64,000 bases of DNA from the human T2T-CHM13v2.0 reference genome, Homo sapiens: the NCBI RefSeq assembly GCF_009914755.1, contig NC_060942.1, one strand, 5' to 3'. The notes beneath the pieces were generated by a model, which worked only from the letters and a program-made list of their open reading frames with translations, was not told the DNA's origin and ran no database searches. Below, in pieces: positions 39,505-52,134 of this stretch; position 1 is the first letter of the stretch; each line of letters opens with the position of its first letter. Both the position numbers and the translations under genes were made by a program.

Positions 39505-41360
39505 GGGGATCTAGACTAGATTGCAGCTCTGACTCAGGCGGACAGAGCAGCATGTGGAGGCTTGCGTCATGATACTTTGCTGCAGAACGACTGTAAAAAT
39601 AAGTCAGGAAACCCAAGAGGACCCACAGACGCTCTGAAGGAAGCAGATTGCTCCTGCAGGACTGGAAAGACACCACAATACTGTGAGTGCCCAAACTGTG
39701 GAAGTGGGAATGGGAGATCATCCACCCCAGAACACATATCCCCACTGGGGAAACTGAAGGTCTAGATTATGGGAGAAGATTCTAACCCTACCTGGAGCTG
39801 AGTCAATTGAGAGAGCTGAGTGAAATACAGGGGTAGAGGAAGCAGTGGGGTAAGGCCTGTGAGCTCACTGTGTCCCCTAGCAAACCATTTCTGCCTGGCC
39901 TTACAGGGGTCCTTCGGGAGGGCAGCCAGAGGCACTGGGAAAAGGCCGCAGGGAAAAGGAAATCTCCAGCTGAACTTCATAATACTTGGAACTGATCGAG
40001 AAGTCTCCTAGCCTGAACTCAGGGGAGGGCATTAATCTGGTGTGCAGACTCCACAGGCAGGGGAAGAAGGAAAGCCATACTTGCTATTGCAGCTGGGAGG
40101 CAAGCAGCGTGGGACAAGTTCTCAGCCCTACTCGCCCACTGCCTGGAAACAGACTCGGTGCTATTGGTGGGGGCACAGTGGAAGTGAGAACAGCCCTTTG
40201 GATTGTGTGGGAGCTAGGTGAAGCCTGTGACTGCCGGCTTTCCCCCACTTCCCTGACAACCTGCATGACATAGTAGAGATAGCCACAATCCTCCTGGGAT
40301 CATAACTCCATTGACCTGGGAACCTCACCCCCATCCCCCACAGCAGGTGCAGCAAGACCTGCCCAAGAAGAGTCTGAGCTCAGATATGCCTAGCCCTGCC
40401 CTCATCTGTTGGTCCTCTCTACCCACCATGGTAACTGAAGTCAAAGGGCAAATACTCCTGGGAGTTCCAGGGCACTGCCCACCACCTGTTCCTCCCCATA
40501 CTACCACAGCTGATGCTTTCTGGAAAGTGCCACCTCCTGGCAGGAGGCCAACCAGAACAAAACTAGTTCATTAAACCACCAAAGCTAAGAACCCTTACAG
40601 AGTCCATTCTCCTCTCCCGCCGCCACCTCCACTGGATCAGGTGCTGGTATACCACCCCCAGTACCAGCCTGGAGCCTGGTAGACGTGCTGGGTGGCTAGA
40701 TCCAGAAGAGAGATAATGATTACTATGGCTCAGCTCTCAGGAAGTCACATCCATAGGAAAATGGGGACAGTAGTACATCAGGGGAACATCCCGTGGGAAA
40801 AATAATCTGAACAACAGCCTTCAGCCCTAGACCGTTTCTCTGACACAGCCTACCCAAAATAGAAGGAACCAGAAAACCAACTCTAGTAATATGGCAAAAC
40901 AAGGTATTTTGCATCCCCCCAAAATCACACTAGCTCACCAGCAATGGATCCAAACCAAGAAGAAATCCCCGATTTACCTGAAAGAGAATTCAGGAGGTTA
41001 CTTATTAAGCTAGTCAGGGAGGCACCAGGGATAAATATTCAATGAAACAGATAGCATCAATAAAGAACAGTCAAAACCTCAGGAAACAATGGACACACTT
41101 ACAGAAATGCAAACTGCTCTGGAAAGTCTCAGCAATAGAATCGAACAAGTAGAAGAAAGAAATTCACAGCTCGAAGACAAGGTCTTCAAATTAACTCAAT
41201 CCAACAAAGACAAAGGAAAAAGAATGAGAAAATATGAACAAAGCCTCTAAGAAGTCTGGGATTATGTTAAACGACCAAACTTAAGAATTATCACTGTTCC
41301 CAAGGAAAAAGAGAAGCCTGAAAGTTTGGCAAACATATTTGGGGGAATAACTGAGGAACA
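39505..41360 (+). mobile_element. L1PB (L1PBa-like) 5'UTR plus disrupted ORF1, 3'-truncated
   Basis: GACTAGATTGCAGCTC...GGACAGAGCAGCATGTGGAGGC...CTCTGAAGGAAGCAGATTGCTCCTGCAGG; ORF1p remnants MDPNQEEIPDLPEREFRRLLIK (from 40944) and EVWDYVKRPNLRII (from 41251), preceded by an in-frame TAA at 41248. Confidence 0.9.
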
Positions 41361-41891
41361 TGTTGCTATCTATATACAGTATGTATGCAGAATTGAGACA
41401 ATTGACATGTTCAAAGAGTGGAGAAGAATGAAACAAAGTAGGTAATAATTTGATGAATTTTAGTAGAATAGCCCTGTACTTGCATGAATGTAGAAATTAA
41501 TATAGCTGAGGGTAAGGCCTTTCTTATGAAGGGGGGAAACGTACTTTTTAGAAAGTTCTCCAGGGTATCCGAGGCAATCAGAACAATACAAATCACTCAA
41601 AATCCAATTATGTAGCAATCAGGGATACAATAGTAACTACATTTTATTTGACACATTAATGTATGTTTAAAAATCTAAAAATCTTCATGATAGCAGGGGA
41701 CAAACATAACAACCATAGACTATACATGTTGAAAACGTCATTAATTAATGGCGAGAGACAGTTGAAAGACTTGGCTTTCAGAATCCAGTCTACACAGAAA
41801 GCATGACAGCATAGTCTTTTTCCAAGAACCGCCTCAACTTTGATCTTTGAATCAGCTGATACGTCCTTTGGAAATAACAATCCAGTCAGGA

Positions 41892-42116
41892 CAATGGTGT
41901 GCCAGTAAATATTTAATAATCAGATCTCCAAGCAAAAAAAAAAAAAGTCTGATTTGTAGTTTGCCAGTTTCCATGGTATAAATACCCCCCCATGGCTGAT
42001 TTCAAACTGCTGATTTCATGATGTCACTGAACACAGACTTGGAAAGAGATGCTTGTGCACAATTGGCTCTTGAGAGTTAGCAGAAGCCAGTGGGAGCCAA
42101 CTCTAACACACCATGG
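41892..42116. mobile_element. MER63A-like hAT MITE
   Basis: TIR-like CAATGGTGTGCCAG...CTAACACACCATGG; TGATTTGTAG..TTGCCAGTTTCCATGGTATAAATAC; degenerate 8-bp TSD AGTCAGGA/AATCAGGG. Confidence 0.8.
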
Positions 42117-42249
42117 AATCAGGGGCACTTTCATGTCCTTCTGTATCTAGGGGAATGAATTCACCAAATGGTTCACCTAGGAAGGCTAGATATTACCATC
42201 ATGCTCAAATAGTATTGTTATTGAAGTGCGCATAGATAAGTAAAATGCA

Positions 42250-42430
42250 ACACTGGGAAATAGAAGATTTTGAGTCAAGAGATGTATTATCTAGTCCTTT
42301 CTCTGCCAATAACTGCCTGTGATACTTAAGCAAGTCTGCTCAATTCTTGGAGCCTCAGGTTTTTAAGTGTAAATGAAAGGCTTACATAACATTGTTCCCA
42401 AGAACTCTTCCTATTCAAAAATATATAATC
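42250..42430 (+). mobile_element. MIR/MIR3 fragment
   Basis: CTAGTCCTTTCTCTGCCAATAACTGCCTGTGATACTTAAGCAAGTC...GAGCCTCAG. Confidence 0.65.
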
Positions 42431-42683
42431 CCACATAATAACACAATGTAAACAGCAAGGCAAGGCCCTATGACTACTGTATCTAAGCTAACAAGGAATG
42501 ATACTACATCTGATAATTAGTTTTCAAAAGGCTGTACATTTGAATGGACTCCATTATAGGATAAAAAAACCAACAATAAACAAACAGAAGACCCTGATTT
42601 AGCTAGGAGGAGAGGGAGAGGAAACTCTTTATTTTGGTTCCACTGCTTACTGTGCACCAGATAGTTGAAAGTATCAGCTAGAG

Positions 42684-42849
42684 AAGTGCCTCACATACTT
42701 TAAGGTGCATAAAAAATAACTGGGGATCTTGTTAAATGCAGATTTGGATTGAGACATTCTGGGGTAGGGTCTGAGAATCTGCATTCCCAACAAGCTTTCA
42801 GGGGGAAGCTATACTGCTTGTCTGAGAATCAGACTTCAAAGAGCAAAGA
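42684..42849. mobile_element. MER5-type hAT MITE
   Basis: CTGGGGATCTTGTTAAATGCAGATT...TCTGGGGTAGGGTCTGAGAATCTGCATTCCCAACAAGCT. Confidence 0.78.
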
Positions 42850-43479
42850 TTTAGATTGAAGTAAAACTTTTTTTTTTTGTCAGTTTCTCAGACTCCAATC
42901 TGGCTCTGGAAGAACTTCAGGGAGAAAAAAGGTATTTGAATCACATTAGCTATTTAAACAGATCTGAATTCACTTTGGTAGACAGAACATCCACGATTTA
43001 GTTGAAGCTAAATTGATTATTTGATTCACTGTGTTCTCAAAGTTGATTCTTTTTTAATATTTTTCATCTAGTTAAAAGGTTTCACAGAATGTAAGACAAT
43101 GGATTAGATTTGCAGAGTTTTGTTGGCATAATTGAAAAGAAAATCCATTTTGTGATCAGTTTGATCTGTAATAATTAGTTTCACAATTATTATCCAACAA
43201 TGTCTTTGAATAATTAATTGGATAATGTTCATGTAGGTTTGAAATTACTTCCATCAAAAGGTTAACATTTATTAGATGTCATAATTATGGTATGTACTAA
43301 AGGAGTTTAAAATAACAGATTAGCATGGCTTTTGAAGGCAATTGCATTATAATGGAAGTAAAACTGTATTGTAATTCAGTCTATCAGCATTGAATTTTTG
43401 ATGAGTGTCGCTTATCTTTAAATGGAGATTGAGAATTGGAGTTTGGTCCAGGGGAAGGAGGGAGGACTTTAGGGCCAAT

Positions 43480-43680
43480 TAAATTTGGGCTTGAAATTTT
43501 GATTGGCCAAGTAATAATTGTGCAACCTAAGACAAACCACATAACTTTTCTGTGCCTCAATTTCCTAATACATAAAATAGGGAAACAACATTTCTCTTTC
43601 AGAACTGTTGTTAAAATAAGTGATAACATTTATAATGTACCTAATATAGCGCATGCACAAAACAAGCATCCAATGAGTAG
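43480..43680 (+). mobile_element. MIR SINE
   Basis: TTCTGTGCCTCAATTTCCTAATACATAAAATAGGGA...GTTGTTAAAATAAGTGATAAC. Confidence 0.7.
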
Positions 43681-45635
43681 ACATTTGGAGTAAATAATTT
43701 TCATGGTTATTATAGAAAAATTATATTATTTTGTGCTATATTTTCTGTTAATAATAATATACAGATTTATTTAAATTGCATTTATTCCTAACACATATTA
43801 AAGTAGGTATTATTAGAGTAATATATTTGTCAGGTTATTTTGATTTTATAAGATGAATTTTTATTAAAAAGAGTAATCATGTCTACTAATAAAACATCTA
43901 CTTAATATGCTTAATTGTTAACATAAAGTGAAATACTATGAGACTTCTTTGAAAACAATAAAGTATGTTATAGATATGAGTTACTAAATATTCCACCAGA
44001 AAAAATGGTCATGCATTATCTGATACACACAGTTAAAATATTGATGCCTAGAATGGGCAAAATTAGGCAAGATGGATCTGTAAAGAACTTCATAATTCCA
44101 CTTTTGCCTGTTTGTGCTACATATTACAATTGGCACTATGAAAAACACTTTAAATGTATAAAGTGGGATGCTTTTCTTCTGAGAAATTGAAAGATAGGAT
44201 TCACACATAAAGCAATTAGAACCTTAAATGATAGACTGTACAGTGCTAACCCTTTCTATATGTAAATATTTAGAAAAGAATGAACTCTGGATAATGGAAT
44301 CATCAACTAAGTCTTTGCAGAGGTCATAGATTCTAATTTTTGACCTTGAATGTTAGGTGGATTGGGAAAAGTTGCTATAAGCATTAATGGATCACGTTCA
44401 CTTAGCTGAGTATATCAAGAAGCACAGAAACAGAGCAATAAGCTTTGAGCATGAAATACTGTACGCATGCTACTGACTGTACTAAAAAAATCAATCTCAG
44501 AAGACACAGTCAATATAGCTGGGTAAGTAGAAATGGGTAAATTATGGAGCATCTGGACTACAATACAGCAGCATTTCAGAACAATGTGGTAGAGTGAACA
44601 GTGACATAATACAGAAAGTATATCCAGTTGACAGTTAGAATTGATCTAGGTAGAAAGAATTGAAATGGAGAAACATTCAAAGTAGAAAGGATATAGTGGT
44701 CTCCAAAAGGTGCATAAATATTGAGTCTTTAAAATATGTTCCTATTCCTTTCTCTGTTACAAGTGCTAAATGTTATAAACATATTGCACAGAATTAAGGA
44801 GATGACAGGTCAATGCTATATCAAAGTTTAGATCAGAAAAGTCATTTGCTCAAGAATATGAAATACAAATGAAGGCAGAGATGGTAAGAAACTCAGCTTG
44901 TGAGCAAAAGCGAGATACTCTTATCTAAAATAAATGTTTCTCTTTCTGCCTTATATAATAAGATGTTACAGTTGAAATTGGAGGAACTGATAGCATCCAA
45001 ATCATTGGAGTCACCAAATTTGTATTCACCAATAGGATTATGCAAAAACAATGTAAATGCCACAGTCCTTGCATTTCTATCCTAACACTTAATGCTGAAA
45101 ACTCTTAGTTCCATTTCATTAAAATCACCAGAGATTTGGAAAAACATGTAAGGGATATGTCAAACATAGAAAATATTGCCATTAATAAACTGTTCATTTC
45201 CAAAGAATATCATGTTGAATCTTTATTATTTTAGGTGTGGTTTTGTTGTTGTTGTTGTTGTTTTTCCTTCTAAAGCAAGCTTGACTGTGTCTTGGTGATG
45301 TATTCTCCAGCAAAGTGGGTTTTATTGTATGTTTTTATATTTAAATAAAGTACATCTTTATGTGTATCTCATTGTACTCTACAAATATCAATTAGTTTAC
45401 CCTGCTTATGTTATCCCCAGTTCTTAAAAGATGGAGTGCTTGCCTTTCATTACTTAGGAAAACAATGACTTTACAAACATGTACAACTGTTCTACCTGTA
45501 TTCATTGTCCCATTTTATTCACCTGTTAAATGCATTCAAGTCAGCAGAGAATTCAGTAAAAACAGCAGTAAAAATGAAGATCAACATGTACAAAAAACAA
45601 TGGATGTTTTCTATGTGATACTAATGTGGGTAGAG

Positions 45636-45975
45636 TACAGTAGTTACCATACCTGGTTACACACAAAGGATTCGTTTCAGGATCCCCTGTGGATACCAAA
45701 ATCCACAGATCCTCAAATCCCTTATATAAAAGGCCAGAGCATTTGCATATAACCTACACATATAATTTGCATACTTTAAGTAATCTCTAGGTTACTTATA
45801 ATACCAATATAATGTCTACATATCATTTTATTCATGTGGATTCAATATAGTATTCAGCACAGAACAAATTTAAGTTTCGCTTTTTGGAACTTCTGGAAAT
45901 TATTTTTTCCCCAAATATTTTGATCCACTCTTGGCTGAACCCATGGATAATGAACCCACAGATATGAAGCCAATT
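45636..45975. mobile_element. MER2 (MER2B-like) Tigger MITE
   Basis: TTCAGGATCCCCTGTGGATACCAAAATCCACAGAT..TCAAATCCCTTATATAAAA...ATTTGCATATAACCTACACA...GAACCCACAGATATG. Confidence 0.85.
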
Positions 45976-46199
45976 CCATTTTCTTTTCACCACTGGCATT
46001 CACCTTTAGTTCAGCATTGACTGAAATACTCATTCATTTAATCACTACATTTAAAGCATCAGAAACTATTCTTGGAGCTGTAGATATACAGATGAACATC
46101 ATCAGGACCCTGACCTCGAACAGAAAATGAGTGTTTAGGTAGAAGGCAGAAACAAACCAGTTAAAAAAAAAAAGTGAACTGAATTATCTTTCATTCATC

Positions 46200-47005
46200 T
46201 CTTTACATTTAGTATTCTTCTCTGGTCTCTGCCCCAGCAGTTTGACCTACAGGGGCTACATCAATAGGCTTTCTAACTCTCTGTCCTCCTGTAGGATTCA
46301 GCCAATGTGGAACCGTGGAAGGGACTGGAATGAAGAAGGGTGACATCAGACTTTATATTCCCCTGGCTTTCTTCTTAATGGTTCACCTTGGTTTGCCTTC
46401 GCCCTTGTACTGAAAGTCACCAAGCCTATTAAGGTGGGTCTCTCTACAAGACTTCTTGCCAGATTCTGCTAACCATTTCTTCTCTTTATCCTTTCAGGTC
46501 TGGAGATAGAAAAAACTATGAGATATTGAACCATCCTTTCTACACTCTGCCACCTTTGTGTATGGTCTTTTTCTCCTTATCTGATTGCCCTCTGTTTCCT
46601 GCTAGGACACTGATATAGTTTGGGTGTATGTCCCTTTCAAATCTCATGTTAAAATGTGATCTGAAATTTTGGATGTAAGGTCAGGTGGGAAGTGTTTGGA
46701 TAACTGGGGTGGATCCTTCATGAATGACTCTCCCCATGGTATTGAATTCACAGGAGAGCTGCTTGTTTTAAAAGAGTCAAGCTTCTCTTTGTTCTCTTTC
46801 TATATGACACTCCTGCTGCCCCTTCATCTTCCCCCATGAATAAAAGTTTCCTGAGGCCCTCACCAGGAGCAGATGCCAGTGCCATGCTTTCTGTACAGCC
46901 TACAAAACTCTGAGCCAAAATAGGCCTTTTTATCTTAGTAAATTACCCAGTCTCAGATATTCTTTTATAGCAATGAAAAACGGACAAATACAGACCCTGA
47001 TAGAG
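46200..47005 (+). mobile_element. LTR33-like ERVL LTR interrupted near its 3' end by MST
   Basis: CTCTGCCCC..TGACCTACAGGGGCTACATCAA...CAGCCAATG...TGCTAACC...CTTTCAGGTCTGG...TCTGTTTCCTGCTAGGAC|..CCCTGATA. Confidence 0.68.
46611..46992 (+). mobile_element. MST (MSTA/B) MaLR solo LTR
   Basis: TGATATAGTTTGG...AAATCTCATGTT...AAATTACCCAGTCTCAG..TTTATAGCAATG...GGACAAATACA; 5-bp TSD GACAC/GACCC. Confidence 0.88.
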
Positions 47006-47247
47006 AAGACTTTATGTAACTAATGGGATTTAGAACCAGACCCTGTATAACAAAGAGGATTTGAGGAAATGATGTAGCACGATGAGAAGATTTAAAGAAG
47101 GAGTGATGAACAAAAATACTACCTTAAACTGTGGCATCAGGATGGTACAAGGTAGATTCACATGACTATAAGTAGGTTAGTTTTGATAGAGTAGACAGTT
47201 CATGCTGTGAAAATGTGGATGATAAGGCCGTAACTGTTACTTTAAAG

Positions 47248-47460
47248 CAGTAGTTGTCCACCAGGGGTAATTTTGCACCCAGGGGATATTTGGCAATCAA
47301 TATCTGGAGACATCTATGGTTGTCAAGACTGGAAGAGAAGAGGAGGCACCGGAGATGCTACTAACATCTAGTGAGTAGAAGGCACGGAGCCGTAGACATC
47401 CCGCAATGCACAGGTAGCCCCCTCTCAACAAAGAATTACTCAGCTTAAAATGTCAATTGT
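47248..47460 (+). mobile_element. MER20 hAT MITE
   Basis: CAGTAGTT..CCAGGGGTAATTTTGCACCCAGGGGATATTTGGCAAT..TCTGGAGACAT...GCTACTAACATCTAGTG...AACAAAGAATTA..AAAATGTCAAT. Confidence 0.85.
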
Positions 47461-47529
47461 TTAGTTTGGAATATGTGTAGTGTCCTTTGACTACTTGCCC
47501 TTCCATTACAATGCAGGCAGTCAGGGAAG

Positions 47530-47930
47530 GTTCATGCATTCATTCAGTAAATACTTACTAATTACAGATTATCTGCATAGCACTGGGTGAAGCCCTGTGA
47601 TACAAAAGCATATAAAAAGGAACACAGTTCCTAACCTCACAGAGCCTGGAACTAAATGAAGTAAAAAACACATTAATCAAACTATTAACAGAAGTTCATG
47701 TAAAGTAGAAACTAGGTAACTGTGACCATTGAAAATACAGGAACTTAAAATGGGAGGAAGGAGAGGGAGTTGTTCTATCTAATGAGATCAGAAAAGACCT
47801 GATATAGGATCCTAAATTAGTCTGGATGTGTATGCCCTCCTGCAGGAATCCAGTAGGAATTAGGTAAGGCAGGAAGGAAGCTAAATGCAGAGGAGACAGT
47901 ATGTGCAGAGCTTGGAGATATGAGACACTG
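47530..47930 (-). mobile_element. L2 3' region
   Basis: TTCATGCATTCATTCAGTAAATACTTACT...ACACAGTTCCTAACCTCACAGAGC...AGTATGTGCAGAG. Confidence 0.65.
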
Positions 47931-49309
47931 CCTAATACCATTCATGCATGTAGAGTATTTTTACTTTAGTATTGCATTTGTGTTTGAAACTGTTTTATTT
48001 TTCCTCCAATTAGAGAATAAGCAGTTCAGAACTCAGAACTGTTTTCTATTCCTTTTAAAGCTTCTACACCTGTAGGGAATGCTTTATAAATGGCCCTAAT
48101 TATAATTGGCTCAATGGCTAATCATGCATAAAACTTGGGATCCAAAATTTAGACCCTGAAGTTATTTGGCAATTTCACTCACGTTGAAGAAAACTTATGC
48201 ACATGTTGTTGGCGACGGTTGATCATGGCAGTTTAAAAAAGAGCTGCCCAGGTCTCTTTAGATTTTATACTCTAGTCAGTTTCATCTGCAATGGTTGGTT
48301 CCAATACATTGTTGTACAATATTAATAGACACCAGAAATCACTGCCCCAATCTGGCACACGGGTTGAAAGCACACTAAATGGAGTGTCAAGAGACCTGCA
48401 CCATACCTCCAGCTCTGCTCTAATTACTCCATAATAATCAGAACCTTCCTAAAACTGTGCATCCTGTTTTTTTCTGCTAAAGGTTTATCAATAATATCTT
48501 TATTTTACATATCTGAAGAAACAATGACACCATGTCTTTGAAACCACACAAAAATGCATAAAGTACTATGCAAATGTAAAGACATACACACCTATTTGAA
48601 AATAAGAATTGGGAATTCATAGCATAAAAAGCATCTGCATGAAATTCAAAATGCAAAAACACTGGCCAACATCCAAAGAGAATAACAACTACAATAAAGT
48701 TGGCAACGAAGGCGTTTGCCCTTGGAAGCAGAGTTTAGGCAGGAGAAAGAAACTAAGTGATTCCCACTGTTGAGACTGTGCCCAAGAAAACTATGGTGGA
48801 AAGCCTATCCGTGGAGCATCCCCAGAGGCTCTAGTAAAGAAATCAGCACTGGGGGGCAAGAAAGAGGCATTAAATTCCTGATGGGGTAAATGTACTGAGA
48901 GCCTCAAATCAGATAACTCTAATGCCTGCTTTGTGATAGGTAAAGACAAAAAATACCCATTTTCATTTTTAGTCAGAAAAATTTCTCTGAGTGCTCCCTC
49001 AGCAGTGGTATTTTACAAAAATAAAGCCTCAGAGCCAGCCAATTTTACTGCAAGGATATTCATCACAAAATATTTCACACATTTGTTTCAAAACTGTGGA
49101 GATGGATATGGCCAATCCCTAACTGATTATTTAAGTTTACCTTTATACAGCTTGGATAAAAACTCAGTGAGAGGAAAATGAACTTGTTATTTCCATGCAT
49201 CTGCATTCCACAAGCATTTATCAAATACCTACTTGGTGCAGAGAACTTTGATAAAAACTGTGAAAGCAAAGATTAGGTGATTAAATAACTGCTAATATAA
49301 AAAGCATAT

Positions 49310-49660
49310 TTAGGTGTAAACAGCATTACAGGAGAATCAAGAGATCAAGTTTCTACTTTTAAGTTCTGCCTAATATGCTTGTGCCTGTGGCTGGCAATTT
49401 ATCCCTGCACACTTTTTTTCTAATTATAAAAAGAGAATGTGGATTAGAATAAAATAATACTAGTAAGTACATGTATAATTTATTATACGTCTATTATGCA
49501 CCAGTACTACACCAGAAGTTTTATATTCACCATTCTATTTAATGTTTACAGAAAATGTTTGAGATAGATATACATATTTAATGCATAAGAAAATGGGCTC
49601 AATTCACGGAGTCAATAAATGAGAAAGAGGCAGAACTGAGATTGAAGCTCATGCTCTCCC
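49310..49660. mobile_element. Two MIR fragments in opposite orientation
   Basis: GGAGAATCAAGAGA..TTCTGCC (+); ATTCTATTTAATG...GAGGCAGAACTGAGATTGAA (-). Confidence 0.5.
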
Positions 49661-50542
49661 TATCATCTTATCCTTTTCCTGTTCAAGCGTGGGGAAGTTG
49701 TTTGAACAAGCATGTGTTCAACCTTACTATTATCAGGAAACACTCTTTACATGTACAGCATAATTCCGTTTAAGTCGTCATCTTTTCAAATGAAGACTTT
49801 TCGTTCATCTTCAGACAGTTTCCACTCATTTCCTTGTTTATTTAAATCAAATAGTTATTCAGTAAATGATGTTAAAAAATCATGAGAAAATAATAATTTC
49901 ACTATTACTAATGGTTCTAGATGCATGAGTTTATAACTTCCTGAGAAATAATTGAACTTTCAACTCTTCTTCAAAATGTACCATATTTTTAACCTTGAAT
50001 GTTATACACTGAAAGAAGTGAATGTTGAGTTGATAAATTCTCTTAGTTTAATTTCACACATTTACAATTTAAAAGCCAAAGAACAAGGGGAAGGTTGTAA
50101 CTGACACAGTAAGTCAATTAGACTGTTACAAAGATTAGTCATCAACAAGGAATGACTTATGAAGATGTGTTCCACTTTCATTACCACTGTCCATTCTTTC
50201 TTGGAATTAAGTCAATATAAGAGTGCAATATTCATAGCTATTTTTGACACTCCATTGACAATTGCAACAGTATGCACAAGATTCATTTCATTGCTACTTT
50301 TCAACCTTTTTTCTCAAAGATGCATAAAATTATATGGTAATCTAAGTATTAAGCTGAAGAGATAATAACTGACATTTCAGACCTAATAATGCATGGTTAT
50401 AAATCAGATAATTTTATATCTCTGAAGATATATTAATCTAAAAATCCATTTGAAGCAGTGGGATTTTAATAAGGATATTCATATCAAGTTATTCTCCTAG
50501 GCAAATCTCTAGCTATAGCTAGTTTAAAACCTGTAGGGGCTT

Positions 50543-50578
50543 TGTGTGTATGTGTGTGTGTGTGTGTGTGTGTTTGTG
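50543..50578. repeat. (TG)n microsatellite
   Basis: TG run with two interruptions. Confidence 0.93.
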
Positions 50579-51984
50579 TTTAATTATGAGAGAAAAAAAC
50601 TAAGGAGAAAAATTTTGATAATGAAGAAAAATGCAGAGCACATACTATCAAGACTTTATTGATAGAATTTCAGCAAGTTATTCTATGCCTGATAAAAGGT
50701 CATATTCAGAGAGCCATATTCATGAAGCTGAATTAACTTCTATTTTCAAGCTAAAAAATATTAGATTGGACCATTCCCATCAACTCCATTAATTGCAGGA
50801 ATCTGACATTTTGCACATATAACCAGTTCTACAATTTTGACTGAATTCATTAATCTATTTAGTCAAATAAATTTGATAATTTGGTCAAACTTATGTTATT
50901 TAATTTAATGAAAAATAATGGTCACCTCAGGTTTGTAAGTAACTGATGAAAATTATTTCCATTAATATATATAATCTCTAAAGACAAAATAAATATTAGT
51001 ATAAGTATATGGAGAATATGGGACAAAGAGTAGAAAAAATACATGAAGCCAAATTCATTCCATAATGTATTCAATATAAGCTAGAGATAGATTAAGAATT
51101 TAGTTCTAAGCTTTTAACAGACAGTGTTAACCGGGAGATAGGATCAGCCACATAACTCAGTGTCTTTATGGTATAAGTTAATTGATTGCTTGATTAAAAG
51201 AAAATATTTCTAGTACTAGGACCTATAAAAATTTTTCTTAAAGGAATAATGCATCCATAATGTCCCCCAAAACATCTTTAAAGTATACATTGTTTGAGTA
51301 CTAAAACATATTTGATTAAAAAAATTTGTAGACTAAGTATTTTACACAAAACTATAGCACAATTTTACTTATGTACATCAATGTAAAAATGTGACATAAA
51401 ATATAAGCAAATCAATTCTAATAATATATAAAATAATATCAACAAGAATAACAGTAGCAAAGATTTCATGCCTGGTACTGTTTTATGTGTTTTATGTATG
51501 TATGTATATTAATTTACAATAATCTCTAGGAAAAATTATAATAGGTTTTAAATGGATCAAAAAAATATATTAGGTCTGTTCAATTGAAAACTAAGGTTTG
51601 GCTAGAATACCCTTTGAGCTTAAGTCTTCTGTGCAATCTCTATGCCTTTCACTCTTTTTCAGCTATTTTACAACTCTGTAAGTTGTAGAAAACTGGTAAC
51701 AATGCAAATAATTCTTGACTATATAAATGCATAATTTTCATCTGGTGGAATTGCAATTAATTATTGCCCTGTGGATAGACTCATTTGACATCTCTTTGTA
51801 AATTAATTTCTCCCTTGCTTATTATCTATATGTGGAGTACTTCTAACTTTCCTTTAATCGGTTGTGACATCTTGCTAAATCCCTCATTAATTAGTCAATT
51901 AAAATTATTGGCAAATGTTCATTGTATATTTATTTGAGAGTGAGGATTTTACGTTTTTCACGCACACACAAAAAATCCTAATTG

Positions 51985-52130
51985 GGTTTATATATATTTA
52001 ATCTCCAGTTGAAGCAGGCACTCTCTTACATCCATTTTACAGAAGAGAAAGCTGAAGCAGGTAGATGTTAAGTAACTTTCCCAAGACCATTCACGTATTA
52101 AGTGGCATGGCCAGAATATGAACATCGGGA
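51985..52130 (-). mobile_element. MIR fragment
   Basis: CCATTTTACAGAAGAGAAAGCTGAAGCAG..GTTAAGTAACTTTCCCAAGACCA..TAAGTGGCA. Confidence 0.8.
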
Positions 52131-52134
52131 TTGT

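Noticed and set aside
39443-40914. Multiple ORFs in a GC-richer region
   Set aside because: They fall in the L1PB-like 5'UTR; the true ORF1 remnant downstream is frameshifted and contains stops.
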